Shown here: positions 9,130 through 18,950 of the stretch, piece after piece | Layout: each line of letters begins with the position of its first letter | Numbering within the stretch: the stretch's first letter is position 1 | From: Clostridia bacterium | GTDB lineage: Bacteria; Bacillota; Clostridia; TANB77; CAG-465 | Assembly (NCBI GenBank): GCA_045536565.1 | Contig: JAZSNU010000007.1 | Span: 1 to 22,667 of the forward strand | Length of the DNA stretch: 22,667 bases | Direction: 5' to 3' | Program-made: the position numbers and the translations under genes | The notes under the pieces: model-generated | What the model saw: the letters and a program-made list of their open reading frames with translations, nothing else | What the model was told of the DNA's origin: nothing | The model's database searches: none

Positions 9130-10423
9130 TTATTTAACTTTTTCATTAAATTCAATATCTTCTTTTTTATACTCTTCTGGGTTCAATCCAAATCTAGATT
9201 TCATATAAATAAGAATAATAAACATTGTTATTAAGAATATGATTCCTATTATTATAAAATTATTTCCAACTTTCGTAATTGTTAATAAATAGCTTGCAAA
9301 TAAAGCTACTAATATTTGAGAAATACTTTTTATTAAATCAAACGTAGAAGATATTTTTGTTCTAATTCCAAGTGATGTAAAGTTTTTAATATATACGCTT
9401 GACAAAGTATGGTATGGTGATTGCATTGAATATTGTATAGTATACATTATTAGTATCAGTGATATTTTCACGCCCCATGGAATGTTTAATAGGGATATTA
9501 CACCTATCAATATAAAAGTTGGGACATATACACTTACAATAAAGGTTAATGATTTATTCCTAAATTTATTATGGATTTTTTCTTGTAATGAAGCAAACAA
9601 ACCAGATATTATAGTTAATCCGGATATTATCATCGCAAAATACTCAGGAGATATGCTTAATTCCGTAAGCATACTCTCTCTTAATGTATATGAAGTATAA
9701 ATAAGTCCATCAAAAAACAATGTAAACACCATAATAGCTTGTAATCTATGAGATTTAAAAATAAACTTAAAAGAAGTTTCTAATTCTTCTTTATAGTTTA
9801 ATATTTTAACTTTAAAACCTTCATTATTATTAGATCTACTCTGATTTATTTCTTTAAAACGTGTCGTAAGAATTATTGATATAATAACAAACATAAATGA
9901 AATTATCATTGGCAAATATCCGATTTACTATAAATAATAATCCTGTTAACATAGATGTTATACCATCTAAATAGTAGTAGTTTCTCGCCCCTATTTCTTC
10001 TATCTTAGCAAACATTCCTTTACCATTTTTTTGCGAAACAGAATCATACAAAATATTAGATTCAGCTATTGATTTAATTGTGAATGCAAATGCCATAATT
10101 ATATATATAAGTATTAAATTTACTAATCCATTACAAAACATCAATAATAGTAAATATATTGCTAGCATTACATTAGCTATTATAAGACTTTTTTTCTTAC
10201 CAATTCTATCTATTAGTGCTATACTTGGAATATTCAATATTACTTTAAAAATAGGATATAACGCATCAGTAAGCATAATCTGTGCAGCAGTAAATCCTTT
10301 TACTTGTACTAAAAACACAAATGATATTGCATAATAAAACAACAAATCCCAAGAAAACATTTTATAAATAGGATATAATCTAGCGTTATTTTTCTTTAAT
10401 TTTATTAATTCCCTCTTATCCAT
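9130..10423 (-). CDS. MFS transporter, ~430 aa, requiring a +1 frame change at 9922 (recoded gene or pseudogene)
   Basis: 5' ORF 10423-9854 has motif-A-like LIDRIGKKKS and N-half helices; 3' ORF 9915-9130 has the rest; skipping base 9922 gives LLFIVN-GYLPMIISF (167+263 aa). Confidence 0.8.
9918..9926 (-). other. Candidate +1 frameshift site A-AAT-CGG-AT (MFS gene)
   Basis: In-frame CGG at 9922-9920; GGA at 9921-9919 is in the downstream frame; that frame has TAG-TAA immediately upstream of ATC-GGA. Confidence 0.7.
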
Positions 10424-10450
10424 TTTCGTTTCTCCCTTATTATACTCATA

Positions 10451-11464
10451 TTAAAATTGATAATAATCTAATTCTATTTTATCTTGTCCTATATAATCAT
10501 ATAACTTTATTCTTTTCGAGTTGCTATCAATAGAAAAATTAGCAACAGTAACACTGTTTTCAATATATTTATTTAAATCCTTAAATATTGATTTATAATA
10601 ATCATCTGTCTCATACTTTAATATATCAATAACATCATTAATAGTAGCTTTTTGGCTATCCAAATTATCCAATAATTCTTTAGATTTATAATATCTAAAT
10701 TTCGAACTTATAGGTGGCTCTTTTAAATCATCTTTTTTAGCAATAAAATGATTTGACCTAGCGTACCTATCATTGATATTAGTAATATATATTTCTTCTA
10801 CATCTTTTTCTATATTTATTACCTCACCTGTATTTATATCTAAAATATTTAAACTAAATGCAGAAGCAACTTTGTGTTTCTTCATTTTATCTATTACTTC
10901 ATCAATTGTTTTAGAATTCATAACATCTCGTACCATAATGTATCTAGATACATTATTTATATTAACTTCACTGCCATATATATAATTGCTGGAAAAAACT
11001 AATCCATAACTATTGTACGCAAATGAACTACCCATTAATTTTGCTGCTCTAGTATAACCTACTATCCAAAAGTCTTCATAAATATATTTAATTAATGCTA
11101 CATTTTGCAAACTACACTTTACATTATCTTCATTATGAGAAAATAGCACATGATTATAATTTTTCTTTAAAATTAAAGTAGTACACCCATCTTGCTTCTT
11201 AAATATTTCCGGAAAAAACATAAGTAGCATTGTATCTCTTGATATACCTGCTCCATCTGCTCTTCCATATATTTCATTTAAACAAATTGGGAATTCTTCT
11301 TTTAATTTCAATTCCATATTTTTTACCTTACTATATATCTCTTCATTATTTTTTATCTCTTTTTCATAAGCACTACTTTCTTGTAATAAATATTCTTTAA
11401 AATGCTCACCAATTTTAAATCCCATTTCATATTCATTACCGAATACAACAAATTTGTCTATCAT
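10451..11464 (-). CDS. Peptidase C45 / acyl-CoA:6-APA acyltransferase-like Ntn hydrolase
   Basis: EIYGRADGAG, DG/CTT autocleavage motif, HNED, RSNHF, SSKFRY. Confidence 0.8.
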   Translation of the reverse strand: MIDKFVVFGNEYEMGFKIGEHFKEYLLQESSAYEKEIKNNEEIYSKVKNMELKLKEEFPICLNEIYGRADGAGISRDTMLLMFFPEIFKKQDGCTTLILKKNYNHVLFSHNEDNVKCSLQNVALIKYIYEDFWIVGYTRAAKLMGSSFAYNSYGLVFSSNYIYGSEVNINNVSRYIMVRDVMNSKTIDEVIDKMKKHKVASAFSLNILDINTGEVINIEKDVEEIYITNINDRYARSNHFIAKKDDLKEPPISSKFRYYKSKELLDNLDSQKATINDVIDILKYETDDYYKSIFKDLNKYIENSVTVANFSIDSNSKRIKLYDYIGQDKIELDYYQF

Positions 11465-11488
11465 TATATACTCCTTATTTTTATTATA

Positions 11489-12070
11489 TCAACCTTTTAT
11501 AACTTTACATTTTTCCTTTACTCTATCTTTACCCATTATTGCAATATATATTTCAAATATATCTTCAATTATTTTATTGTCATTTGTTTCTATTTCATTA
11601 GCTATATCAAGCATATATGCTGAATATATAACCTCAAATAACTCTAAATCAAAATTTAGTTTTCTAAATCCTATATTCTCATAAAATGACGCTCTCTTTT
11701 TTCTTATCTCATTTTCTTCATCTGTATCTGCTAAGCCAACCTTCTCTATTTCTATAAATATACCATCATATTCCTTTGCAAACTCTTTTAATAGCATTAA
11801 CGACTTGCTGCCATATCCTTTATTCTGATATTCTGGTAATATTGCAAAATAATCAAGTTGCATATATTTGTTGTTTTCGAGCGTATTCATTATTATAAAG
11901 CCAACGAACTCTTTATCGTTTACTATTTTAAACATTTTAAGTATCCCTTTGTTATATGAATTTTCTAAACGAGTATATGATTTTCTTTCCTCTTCTGGGA
12001 ACAATTTAAGATACTGTGGATATATTAATTCTTTAAATTCCTTTATTGGCACATTTATTAATTCTATCAT
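11489..12070 (-). CDS. GNAT-family N-acetyltransferase
   Basis: LDYFAILPEYQNKGYGS acetyl-CoA motif and RASFYENIGF. Confidence 0.85.
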   Translation of the reverse strand: MIELINVPIKEFKELIYPQYLKLFPEEERKSYTRLENSYNKGILKMFKIVNDKEFVGFIIMNTLENNKYMQLDYFAILPEYQNKGYGSKSLMLLKEFAKEYDGIFIEIEKVGLADTDEENEIRKKRASFYENIGFRKLNFDLELFEVIYSAYMLDIANEIETNDNKIIEDIFEIYIAIMGKDRVKEKCKVIKG

Positions 12071-12101
12071 TTTTTACTATCTCCTAATGCTTGTCTATAT
12101 G

Positions 12102-13190
12102 TTATTTTAATACATTTTGATTTAATATTAAAGTGCTATATATAAATAACACGTCTTGACTTTTGAAATCTATGTACTGATTCAATAATTCTTGCGAAAT
12201 ATATCTTAAATCCACCAACGTTATTTTGCTATAATTTTGCATTAGCAATGGAGCTATACTACCACCAAAAGAATCTCTAAATAATATTAATTCTTTTTTT
12301 ACAGTTGCATTTGGATTTTCTACGCTGATTAATGGTGTTGCACCTGATAAATATATATCATATCTATCTGCTGATATTTTCTCATCATACACCTTCCCTG
12401 TTTTGTTATTTTCATAGTTGTACGTAACACAATTTTCTAATGTGCTATTTGTTAAAGTGTGTAACTTATCTGGTGATATATTTATTCCTAATTGTCCATA
12501 ATATGTACCATAAAAATCCCCCATATCATTTAATGTATATTGGGACATTGATGTTTTTTCTAGATTCATTTGTTTTTGTATAGTATTTACAACTTCTCCC
12601 AAACTTTCTTGCTTCCAATGTAAATCTGTTTTGTAATAATCTAATAAATCAATGCTATTGGATATATCTATATATTTTATACCATTATCAAGTTTACTTT
12701 CTGCTATTTGTATTACTTTGTTATAGTCTAGTTTTAAATGGTCATCGTTTTCTAAATAATAATTTTTATCTGGAATTATTGTATAATACACATTCATATT
12801 ATTTAAATATTTTTCATACACCTTATTTATTTTTTCAAATGATTTACTTATATTATTTTCATTTAACGGATACTCCATTTTGTAAATAGCGTTATCTTTT
12901 ACAAACAGTCCATTATTATCTTGTTGTTTAAATATACTCATATTCCAAAGTGCTTTTATACTTCTAAAATTATCTCGAAGTACCATTTGATCTACTGTAT
13001 ATTTTTCTAAGCCACTGCTTACATTACCATTTAATAAATTGTCTATTGAAATTTTAGGAAATGTAGCAAGTTTTCTTTTTTCAGATAAAGATACTGTTTT
13101 ATCTTTTGTAAATATATTAGCAAAAAACATAACAATTAGTATTAGTACAAATCCATAAGTAATTATGTTGTCTTTTATTTTATCTTGCAT
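12102..13190 (-). CDS. DHHW-family (AlgJ/AlgX-like SGNH) extracytoplasmic O-acyltransferase partner
   Basis: N-terminal TM, EKRKLATFP, YYKTDLHW, FRDSFG, VDLRY; directly after the MBOAT gene. Confidence 0.8.
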   Translation of the reverse strand: MQDKIKDNIITYGFVLILIVMFFANIFTKDKTVSLSEKRKLATFPKISIDNLLNGNVSSGLEKYTVDQMVLRDNFRSIKALWNMSIFKQQDNNGLFVKDNAIYKMEYPLNENNISKSFEKINKVYEKYLNNMNVYYTIIPDKNYYLENDDHLKLDYNKVIQIAESKLDNGIKYIDISNSIDLLDYYKTDLHWKQESLGEVVNTIQKQMNLEKTSMSQYTLNDMGDFYGTYYGQLGINISPDKLHTLTNSTLENCVTYNYENNKTGKVYDEKISADRYDIYLSGATPLISVENPNATVKKELILFRDSFGGSIAPLLMQNYSKITLVDLRYISQELLNQYIDFKSQDVLFIYSTLILNQNVLK

Positions 13191-13201
13191 ACATCCACCT
13201 C

Positions 13202-14587
13202 CTAAAATCTAAAATACAAAAACGGATTAAATGAACCATCTACTATATAACTTGTAGATATAACTAGGATTAAAAGTAGAAATGCTGGTTCTAAAATATT
13301 TGTTATTTTCTTTAATTTATTTGAACTTGCAATATTTTTAGGAAGCTCTGTTGCTCCAATTATTGATATAATTAATATTACAAGATAACTTTTAAAGTAA
13401 TATATACTCTCTTGTGATGCAAAGTTATCACTTGTTATCCCAAATAATCCACCTAAATTATTTGTTATTTCTAAAGTACTATTTGAGCTAAATATTATAA
13501 AACTAATCATAACTATTATTAGCACATAAATATTTGAAATAAATTTAGGTAATTTTTGTAATACTTTTCCTAAGAATATTTTTTCTAAAACTAATATTAT
13601 TCCAAAGTATACTCCCCACAAAGCAAAGTTCCAATCAGCTCCATGCCAAAAGCCTGTTAAAAGCCAAACTGCTAATATGTTTCTAATCCATTTTAATTTG
13701 CTTACTCTATTTCCTCCAAGTGGTATGTATATATAGTCTCTAAACCATGAACCCAAAGATATGTGCCATCTTCTCCAAAATTCAGTTACACTTTTTGCTA
13801 TATATGGGTAGTTAAAGTTTTCCAAGAATTCAAATCCAAACATTTTTCCAAGTCCAATTGCCATATCTGAATATCCTGAAAAGTCAAAATATATTTGTAA
13901 CATGTTAGATGCTGAGTATAATATATAAAACAATGTGCTATTATCGTTGCTTGATAAAAATATATTTACAAGTTCACCTAGCACATTTGCAATTAATATC
14001 TTTTTACCTAATCCTATTACAAATCTTCTTACACCTTGTGCAAATTTTTCGGCAGAACATTTTCTTTCATCTAACTGCTCCGCTATTGTGCTATATCTTA
14101 CAATCGGTCCTGCTATAAGCTGAGGAAATAATGCTATATATGTTGCAAGTTTTATTAAACTTCTTTGTACTTTTGTTTCTCCTCTATACACATCTATTAT
14201 ATAACTCATTAATTGGAATGTATAAAAAGATATTCCAATTGGAAGAGCAACATATATAAAATCTAATTTATGTGTAAGCCATAAATTTATATTTTCTACT
14301 AAGAAATTAAAATACTTAAAATATACTAATACTCCTACACTTAATAATACGGATAATGTTAAAAACACTTTTGCGTGTTTTTTATATTTATCCATGTAAA
14401 TAGCAAATACATATGTACATATTATAGATAAAACCATTATTACTACAAACTTAGGCTCTCCATATGCATAAAATATTAATGATGATATAAGTAGTACGAT
14501 GTTTTTTAATCTATTTGGCACTATGTAATATATCATTAATACTATTGGTAGAAAATAAAATAAAAAGGTTATACTTGAAAAAACCAT
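13202..14587 (-). CDS. MBOAT-family O-acyltransferase (AlgI/PatA-like)
   Basis: LPIGISFYTFQ, FPQLIAGPIVR, YFDFSGYSDMAIG, FWRRWHISL, GFWHGA, FNPFLYFRF. Confidence 0.92.
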   Translation of the reverse strand: MVFSSITFLFYFLPIVLMIYYIVPNRLKNIVLLISSLIFYAYGEPKFVVIMVLSIICTYVFAIYMDKYKKHAKVFLTLSVLLSVGVLVYFKYFNFLVENINLWLTHKLDFIYVALPIGISFYTFQLMSYIIDVYRGETKVQRSLIKLATYIALFPQLIAGPIVRYSTIAEQLDERKCSAEKFAQGVRRFVIGLGKKILIANVLGELVNIFLSSNDNSTLFYILYSASNMLQIYFDFSGYSDMAIGLGKMFGFEFLENFNYPYIAKSVTEFWRRWHISLGSWFRDYIYIPLGGNRVSKLKWIRNILAVWLLTGFWHGADWNFALWGVYFGIILVLEKIFLGKVLQKLPKFISNIYVLIIVMISFIIFSSNSTLEITNNLGGLFGITSDNFASQESIYYFKSYLVILIISIIGATELPKNIASSNKLKKITNILEPAFLLLILVISTSYIVDGSFNPFLYFRF

Positions 14588-14612
14588 ATATATTTCTCCT
14601 TATATAATAACA

Positions 14613-14651
14613 TCGCCGCAAAACAAACACTTTATTGTTTCACTGCGGCGA
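14613..14651 (-). other. GC-rich intercistronic stem-loop
   Basis: TCGCCGCA (14613-14620) / TGCGGCGA (14644-14651) with inner AAACAA/TTGTTT pairing; only a weak U-tract. Confidence 0.55.
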
Positions 14652-14675
14652 CTAATTTTGCATTTATTTAGATAA

Positions 14676-15215
14676 CTATTCTCCTGCTCTTTCGTACTCT
14701 TGTCTTACATTTCCTGCTATCTTCTTAAAACTTTTATATACATTTTCTGCTGTTTCTTCATTTGACATTACTAAGCATATTACATCACCTGAACTTGTTG
14801 TATATACCTTTTCAGCAGTAACACAAATCCATTTTCTAGCATCTATATTTTCGTTCATATCTTTTGCTATTTTGTTTACATCTGCTCCTGCTTTTACTTT
14901 TGCAAGTACTAATGAATATGCTTGTGAAGACATCATAGGTTCAGATACAACTACATATTCTAAATCAATGCTACTATCTAATCCTGTAAACATTTTAACT
15001 GCGTCACTATCTGATATGTCAATTTCTTGTGACATTACACTTGGCATTTCTATTGTAACTTTTGCATACATATCATCTATTAATGATGCTAATTCTGATG
15101 CACTATTTACACTAATTCCTGCTCCACTATTATTTCCCTTTGCTATAACTAATATAGCTACAACTGCTACTATAACTACTAAAACAGCTATAATTATTTT
15201 AACTGACTTTTTCAT
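14676..15215 (-). CDS. Membrane-anchored exported protein, DUF4358-like
   Basis: N-terminal hydrophobic anchor, EPMMSSQAYSLVL and RKWICV motifs; first gene of the MBOAT-DHHW cluster; GGAGG SD. Confidence 0.6.
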   Translation of the reverse strand: MKKSVKIIIAVLVVIVAVVAILVIAKGNNSGAGISVNSASELASLIDDMYAKVTIEMPSVMSQEIDISDSDAVKMFTGLDSSIDLEYVVVSEPMMSSQAYSLVLAKVKAGADVNKIAKDMNENIDARKWICVTAEKVYTTSSGDVICLVMSNEETAENVYKSFKKIAGNVRQEYERAGE

Positions 15216-15244
15216 ATATTATTACCTCCGTATTATATGTTTTG

Positions 15245-15274
15245 ATTATATCATAGTATATAAAAAATAATCAA
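15245..15274 (-). promoter_or_regulatory. Probable promoter of the O-acylation cluster
   Basis: TGATATAAT extended -10 (15253-15245); TTGATT at 18-bp spacing, inside the upstream terminator arm. Confidence 0.5.
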
Positions 15275-15301
15275 CTATTATTTTACTAATAGTTGATTAT
15301 T
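15262..15301 (-). terminator. Intrinsic terminator after the PstS-like gene
   Basis: Perfect 15-bp stem AATAATCAACTATTA / TAATAGTTGATTATT with a 6-nt loop and a T-tract on the - strand. Confidence 0.75.
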
Positions 15302-15306
15302 ACATA

Positions 15307-16464
15307 TTAATTTATTCCTACATATCCTGTTTTTTCTATAATTTCTTGTCCTTCTTTTGATAGTATCCATTTAATTAATTTTTGTACATTTTCGTTTTGA
15401 TTATCTTTATATGTAACTGCATAAAGTGATGTTGTTATTGGATAAGAACCATTTTTTATATTTTCTATATTTGGTTTTATTCCATCTACACTTATCATCT
15501 TTATATCAGGATTTTTTATTATTCCCTCTAAATAATATCTAAATGAAAAACCAATAGAATTTGTTTTATTTTTATAGTCTGCAACTTGCTCTATAATCCC
15601 ACTCATTAAATCATTTACTTGTTTAGATGGCGGTTTCATTATTTCTTTTCCATCCATAAATCTTATTAGCATACTTTGGCTACCACTTCCCTCATTTCTT
15701 TGGAAAGCAACTATATCTTCATTTTTTCCACCAACTTCTTTCCAATTTGTTATTTTACCAGAATATATATCTTGTATTTGAGATGTAGTTAAACTATCTA
15801 TGGGATTATCTTTATGAACAAAAAATACAAAAGCCTCTTTACCTATTTTTGTATATTCAAATTCAGTTCCATTATTTTTTGCATTTTCAATTTGTTCTTG
15901 TGATGGATATGCTCCGAAAAATATGTCTATTGCTTTTGCTCCAAGCAGCTTATATCCCATAACTGTATTGTTATATTGAAATATTTCGTCATTTAATTTT
16001 ACTGTATTTGGATATGTAGCATTAACAAAAGCAGAATACACTGGAAATACAGCAGCTGCTCCATCTAATATTGGTAATTTATCTGTAAGTTTTAAACTTG
16101 CCTCATGCCCAAGTTTTACTATTTTAGAATTATCTTCAAATGGTAAATATTCTGTGCAATCTATGTTAGGCGAAGTATTTATAGTAATACTTTCGTTATA
16201 CTTATTTATTCCTATGTTCACACTAATACTAATAATATATACTAATACAAAAGCGCCCCATATCTTAAATACTTTCTTTTTATTCTTTATATATATACTA
16301 GGAATTAAAAGTGTAGGTATAATTAATGCACTACAAAATGCTAACACACCTATTATTCCTTGTGATATAGAATATAGTATGGAAATTAATCCTATATAAA
16401 AACTTACCCAAACTATTGCTATTGTTAATATTAATTTTAGCACTATTTTAAATATATTTTTCAC
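15307..16464 (-). CDS. PstS-like (PBP type 2) substrate-binding protein with N-terminal TM helices
   Basis: AFVFFVHKDNP, IYSGKITNWKEVGG, QRNEGSGSQ, ISVDGIKP, GSYP, LSKEGQEIIEKTGY; GTG start with AAGGGGTGA SD. Confidence 0.8.
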   Translation of the reverse strand: MKNIFKIVLKLILTIAIVWVSFYIGLISILYSISQGIIGVLAFCSALIIPTLLIPSIYIKNKKKVFKIWGAFVLVYIISISVNIGINKYNESITINTSPNIDCTEYLPFEDNSKIVKLGHEASLKLTDKLPILDGAAAVFPVYSAFVNATYPNTVKLNDEIFQYNNTVMGYKLLGAKAIDIFFGAYPSQEQIENAKNNGTEFEYTKIGKEAFVFFVHKDNPIDSLTTSQIQDIYSGKITNWKEVGGKNEDIVAFQRNEGSGSQSMLIRFMDGKEIMKPPSKQVNDLMSGIIEQVADYKNKTNSIGFSFRYYLEGIIKNPDIKMISVDGIKPNIENIKNGSYPITTSLYAVTYKDNQNENVQKLIKWILSKEGQEIIEKTGYVGIN

Positions 16465-16500
16465 TCATATTCACCCCTTGTTATATTTTCTATATATTTA

Positions 16501-17292
16501 TTACACTAATTCTTTTTTGTTATACCTTACATATGATGCTATTATAAATATGATGGTTATTAGAACACTTAATATAATCATTACAGGGTTAATAGCAATA
16601 TCAACTATAACATTTCTTATATCTGCTAGTGTATATACTGTAAAATATTTTAAAAATTCTGCCACTTCACTCATTTCAGATAGTATCTGAACAAAATAAC
16701 TTAAAAGTGCAATTCCTAAACCTATTCCAAATGTTTTCTTAGTCTTACTAAAAAATGTTGAAATAAATATAGAAATTGTAAATAGAGGTAAAGCTGAAAG
16801 CAGTGGTGTTATGCTAAGTAGCCAATATTGTTTTTTATCAAATTCCCCACTTATGCTAAGTCCTATATAATTAAATACCCCCATTATCATTACCATCAAA
16901 ACTATATATATTACACCACATATTATTTTCTTTATTAATATAGTACCTCTTGTAATTGGCAGGCTATTTAAATATTCAATTGTTTTATCGCTTTCTTCTT
17001 TTAATAATATACTAGAACCTAATACCCCCGCATACACTCCTGTAAGAAGTAATACAAATACAAATCCTTCTGTTTTAAGCCAGCCATATGCGCTGTCCAT
17101 AGAACTTATATCCATATTGAACATTTTTATTACTTCTTCTGGAAACATTTCAATCATCTCATCTATCATCTTACCACTTTCGCTTTGTATAATAGATGGA
17201 TACATTAAATATACAGCTAAAAATATCGCAAGTAATATACTTGTCCAAATCATAAAACTTTTGAAATTAATCTTTAATTCTCTTTTTAACAT
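16501..17292 (-). CDS. ABC-2-type exporter permease
   Basis: About 6 TM segments, KEESDKTIEYLNSLPITR motif, YNKKEL C-terminus. Confidence 0.85.
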   Translation of the reverse strand: MLKRELKINFKSFMIWTSILLAIFLAVYLMYPSIIQSESGKMIDEMIEMFPEEVIKMFNMDISSMDSAYGWLKTEGFVFVLLLTGVYAGVLGSSILLKEESDKTIEYLNSLPITRGTILIKKIICGVIYIVLMVMIMGVFNYIGLSISGEFDKKQYWLLSITPLLSALPLFTISIFISTFFSKTKKTFGIGLGIALLSYFVQILSEMSEVAEFLKYFTVYTLADIRNVIVDIAINPVMIILSVLITIIFIIASYVRYNKKELV

Positions 17293-17304
17293 GAACTGTG
17301 CCTC

Positions 17305-18183
17305 CTATTTGTAATACTCAATAAACAAGTCTTCTATTGTAACTTCTTCAATTAACAACTTATCTATTTTATACTTTGATATTTTATCCATTATTTCATT
17401 TGGTTTTAACGAATTTAAAAACTTAACTAAATTAGCACTTTCATATATTACTTTTAAATTTAATTCTTCTTTTATTTTTGCTATCTCATCTGATTCTATT
17501 GTCAAATATGTTATACTATTTTTTTCGATATTCTCAACAGTATCCTCTTCTATTATTTTTCCCTCTTTTATAAAACCAATTCTATCACATATTTTTGACA
17601 CTTCACTTAAAATATGTGTTGAATATAGAATGGTTGTGCCTTTCTTTTTTTCTTCTAGTAGTAGATTATAGAATACATTTTGCATTATTGGATCTAGTCC
17701 ACTTGTAGGCTCGTCTAAAAGTAGTATTTTAGGTTCATGCATTAATGCTAAAACTATTCCTAACTTTTTTATATTACCAAGTGATAAATCTTCTATTTTT
17801 TTAGTTTCATCTAGTTTTAATATCTCTATTAATTCTTTTCTTCTTTTACTAATATCTTTATTATAAAAGGACGCATGAAAATTTAATATTTCCTTTACAG
17901 ATAAGTCATCATATAAATTAATTTCACTTGGAAGATATCCAATCATTTCTTTTAACTTTAAATCTTCTTTATTATTTTCTTTTCCATCTATTTTAATTGT
18001 TCCACTTGTTTTATTAATTAAATTCATTATTGCTTTTATTGTTGTAGATTTACCAGCACCATTAGGGCCAATAAATCCATATACTTCTCCGCTTTTAATC
18101 TTTAAGGATACATCTTCTACCCCTCTTACTTTTCCATAATACTTTTTTAAATTTACAATTTCTAGCATTACTTTATTTTCCAT
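17305..18183 (-). CDS. ABC-2-type exporter ATP-binding protein
   Basis: GPNGAGKST, LSLGN, LLDEPTSGLDP, STHILSEV. Confidence 0.9.
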   Translation of the reverse strand: MENKVMLEIVNLKKYYGKVRGVEDVSLKIKSGEVYGFIGPNGAGKSTTIKAIMNLINKTSGTIKIDGKENNKEDLKLKEMIGYLPSEINLYDDLSVKEILNFHASFYNKDISKRRKELIEILKLDETKKIEDLSLGNIKKLGIVLALMHEPKILLLDEPTSGLDPIMQNVFYNLLLEEKKKGTTILYSTHILSEVSKICDRIGFIKEGKIIEEDTVENIEKNSITYLTIESDEIAKIKEELNLKVIYESANLVKFLNSLKPNEIMDKISKYKIDKLLIEEVTIEDLFIEYYK

Positions 18184-18203
18184 ATATCTTCCCCCACTTT
18201 TTT

Positions 18204-18779
18204 TTATTTACTGTTTTTTAATTTTTGTTTTTCTAATATTTTAATTATTCTTGGTCTGTTATATCTTTGAATTACAATAAATTGACCATCAAAAATCATA
18301 GCAATAATTGCTGTAATTACAAATATCCAAACATTCCCCCATAAAACACCAAACAGTATGGTTGTAAGCGAAATTATTTCATTTATCCAATGGTCTACTT
18401 CTACCTTTGCCATAGTATTTGCTATATTTTCTAATGAATAATCTTTAAGAGAAAACAACTCTGGATTATATGTAAGCGCTTTATCTTTCCATTTTTTAAC
18501 TTTGAGTAATTTGTATAACTTCTTTTCAAAATCTCTTTCTTTAAACCACCATCCGTCATATTTTATATGTTCTTTAAATAACTTACAAACATTCCCCATA
18601 ATGATTCTTACCCATAAGTGGTACATTATTGTAAATGCTGTTATACCTGTCCATAACACAACTTCATATTTATATATATTTATATAATACAAATCAAAAC
18701 ATATTAATGCTACTATAAAACAAATTCCAATTACTATATACATAAATATAGCTGGTCCACTCTTTTTAACCTTACCCAT
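18204..18779 (-). CDS. CrtO-like (glycosyl-4,4'-diaponeurosporenoate acyltransferase-like) membrane protein; start 18779 or 18797
   Basis: LKVKKWKDK, E-x-x-HW and IQRYNRPR motifs; AGGAGA SD before ATG 18779. Confidence 0.55.
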   Translation of the reverse strand: MGKVKKSGPAIFMYIVIGICFIVALICFDLYYINIYKYEVVLWTGITAFTIMYHLWVRIIMGNVCKLFKEHIKYDGWWFKERDFEKKLYKLLKVKKWKDKALTYNPELFSLKDYSLENIANTMAKVEVDHWINEIISLTTILFGVLWGNVWIFVITAIIAMIFDGQFIVIQRYNRPRIIKILEKQKLKNSK

Positions 18780-18950
18780 TTTCTCTCCTATCTTCATATA
18801 ATTTACACCTATTTCACTTTGTTCTACAACCTAAGCTATTGTTAAATAGAATATATTATGCTTTAGATATTCTTTTTAATCAATTCTATTATAGTTTTTA
18901 TTTTTATATCAATGTTAGATTCCAACTACTTTCCTAACTAACATAGATTA

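Noticed and set aside
9918-9926. Homopolymer error or transcriptional slippage as the cause of the two frameshifts
   Set aside because: The extra base is a lone C between AAT and GGA; the longest adjacent run is AAA. Identical C-less contexts elsewhere are unaffected. A read-level check is still needed.
18800-18950. GTTAGAT / CTAAC motifs suggesting an integron attC site
   Set aside because: Order and pairing do not form an attC hairpin; no repeats between other genes and no integrase.
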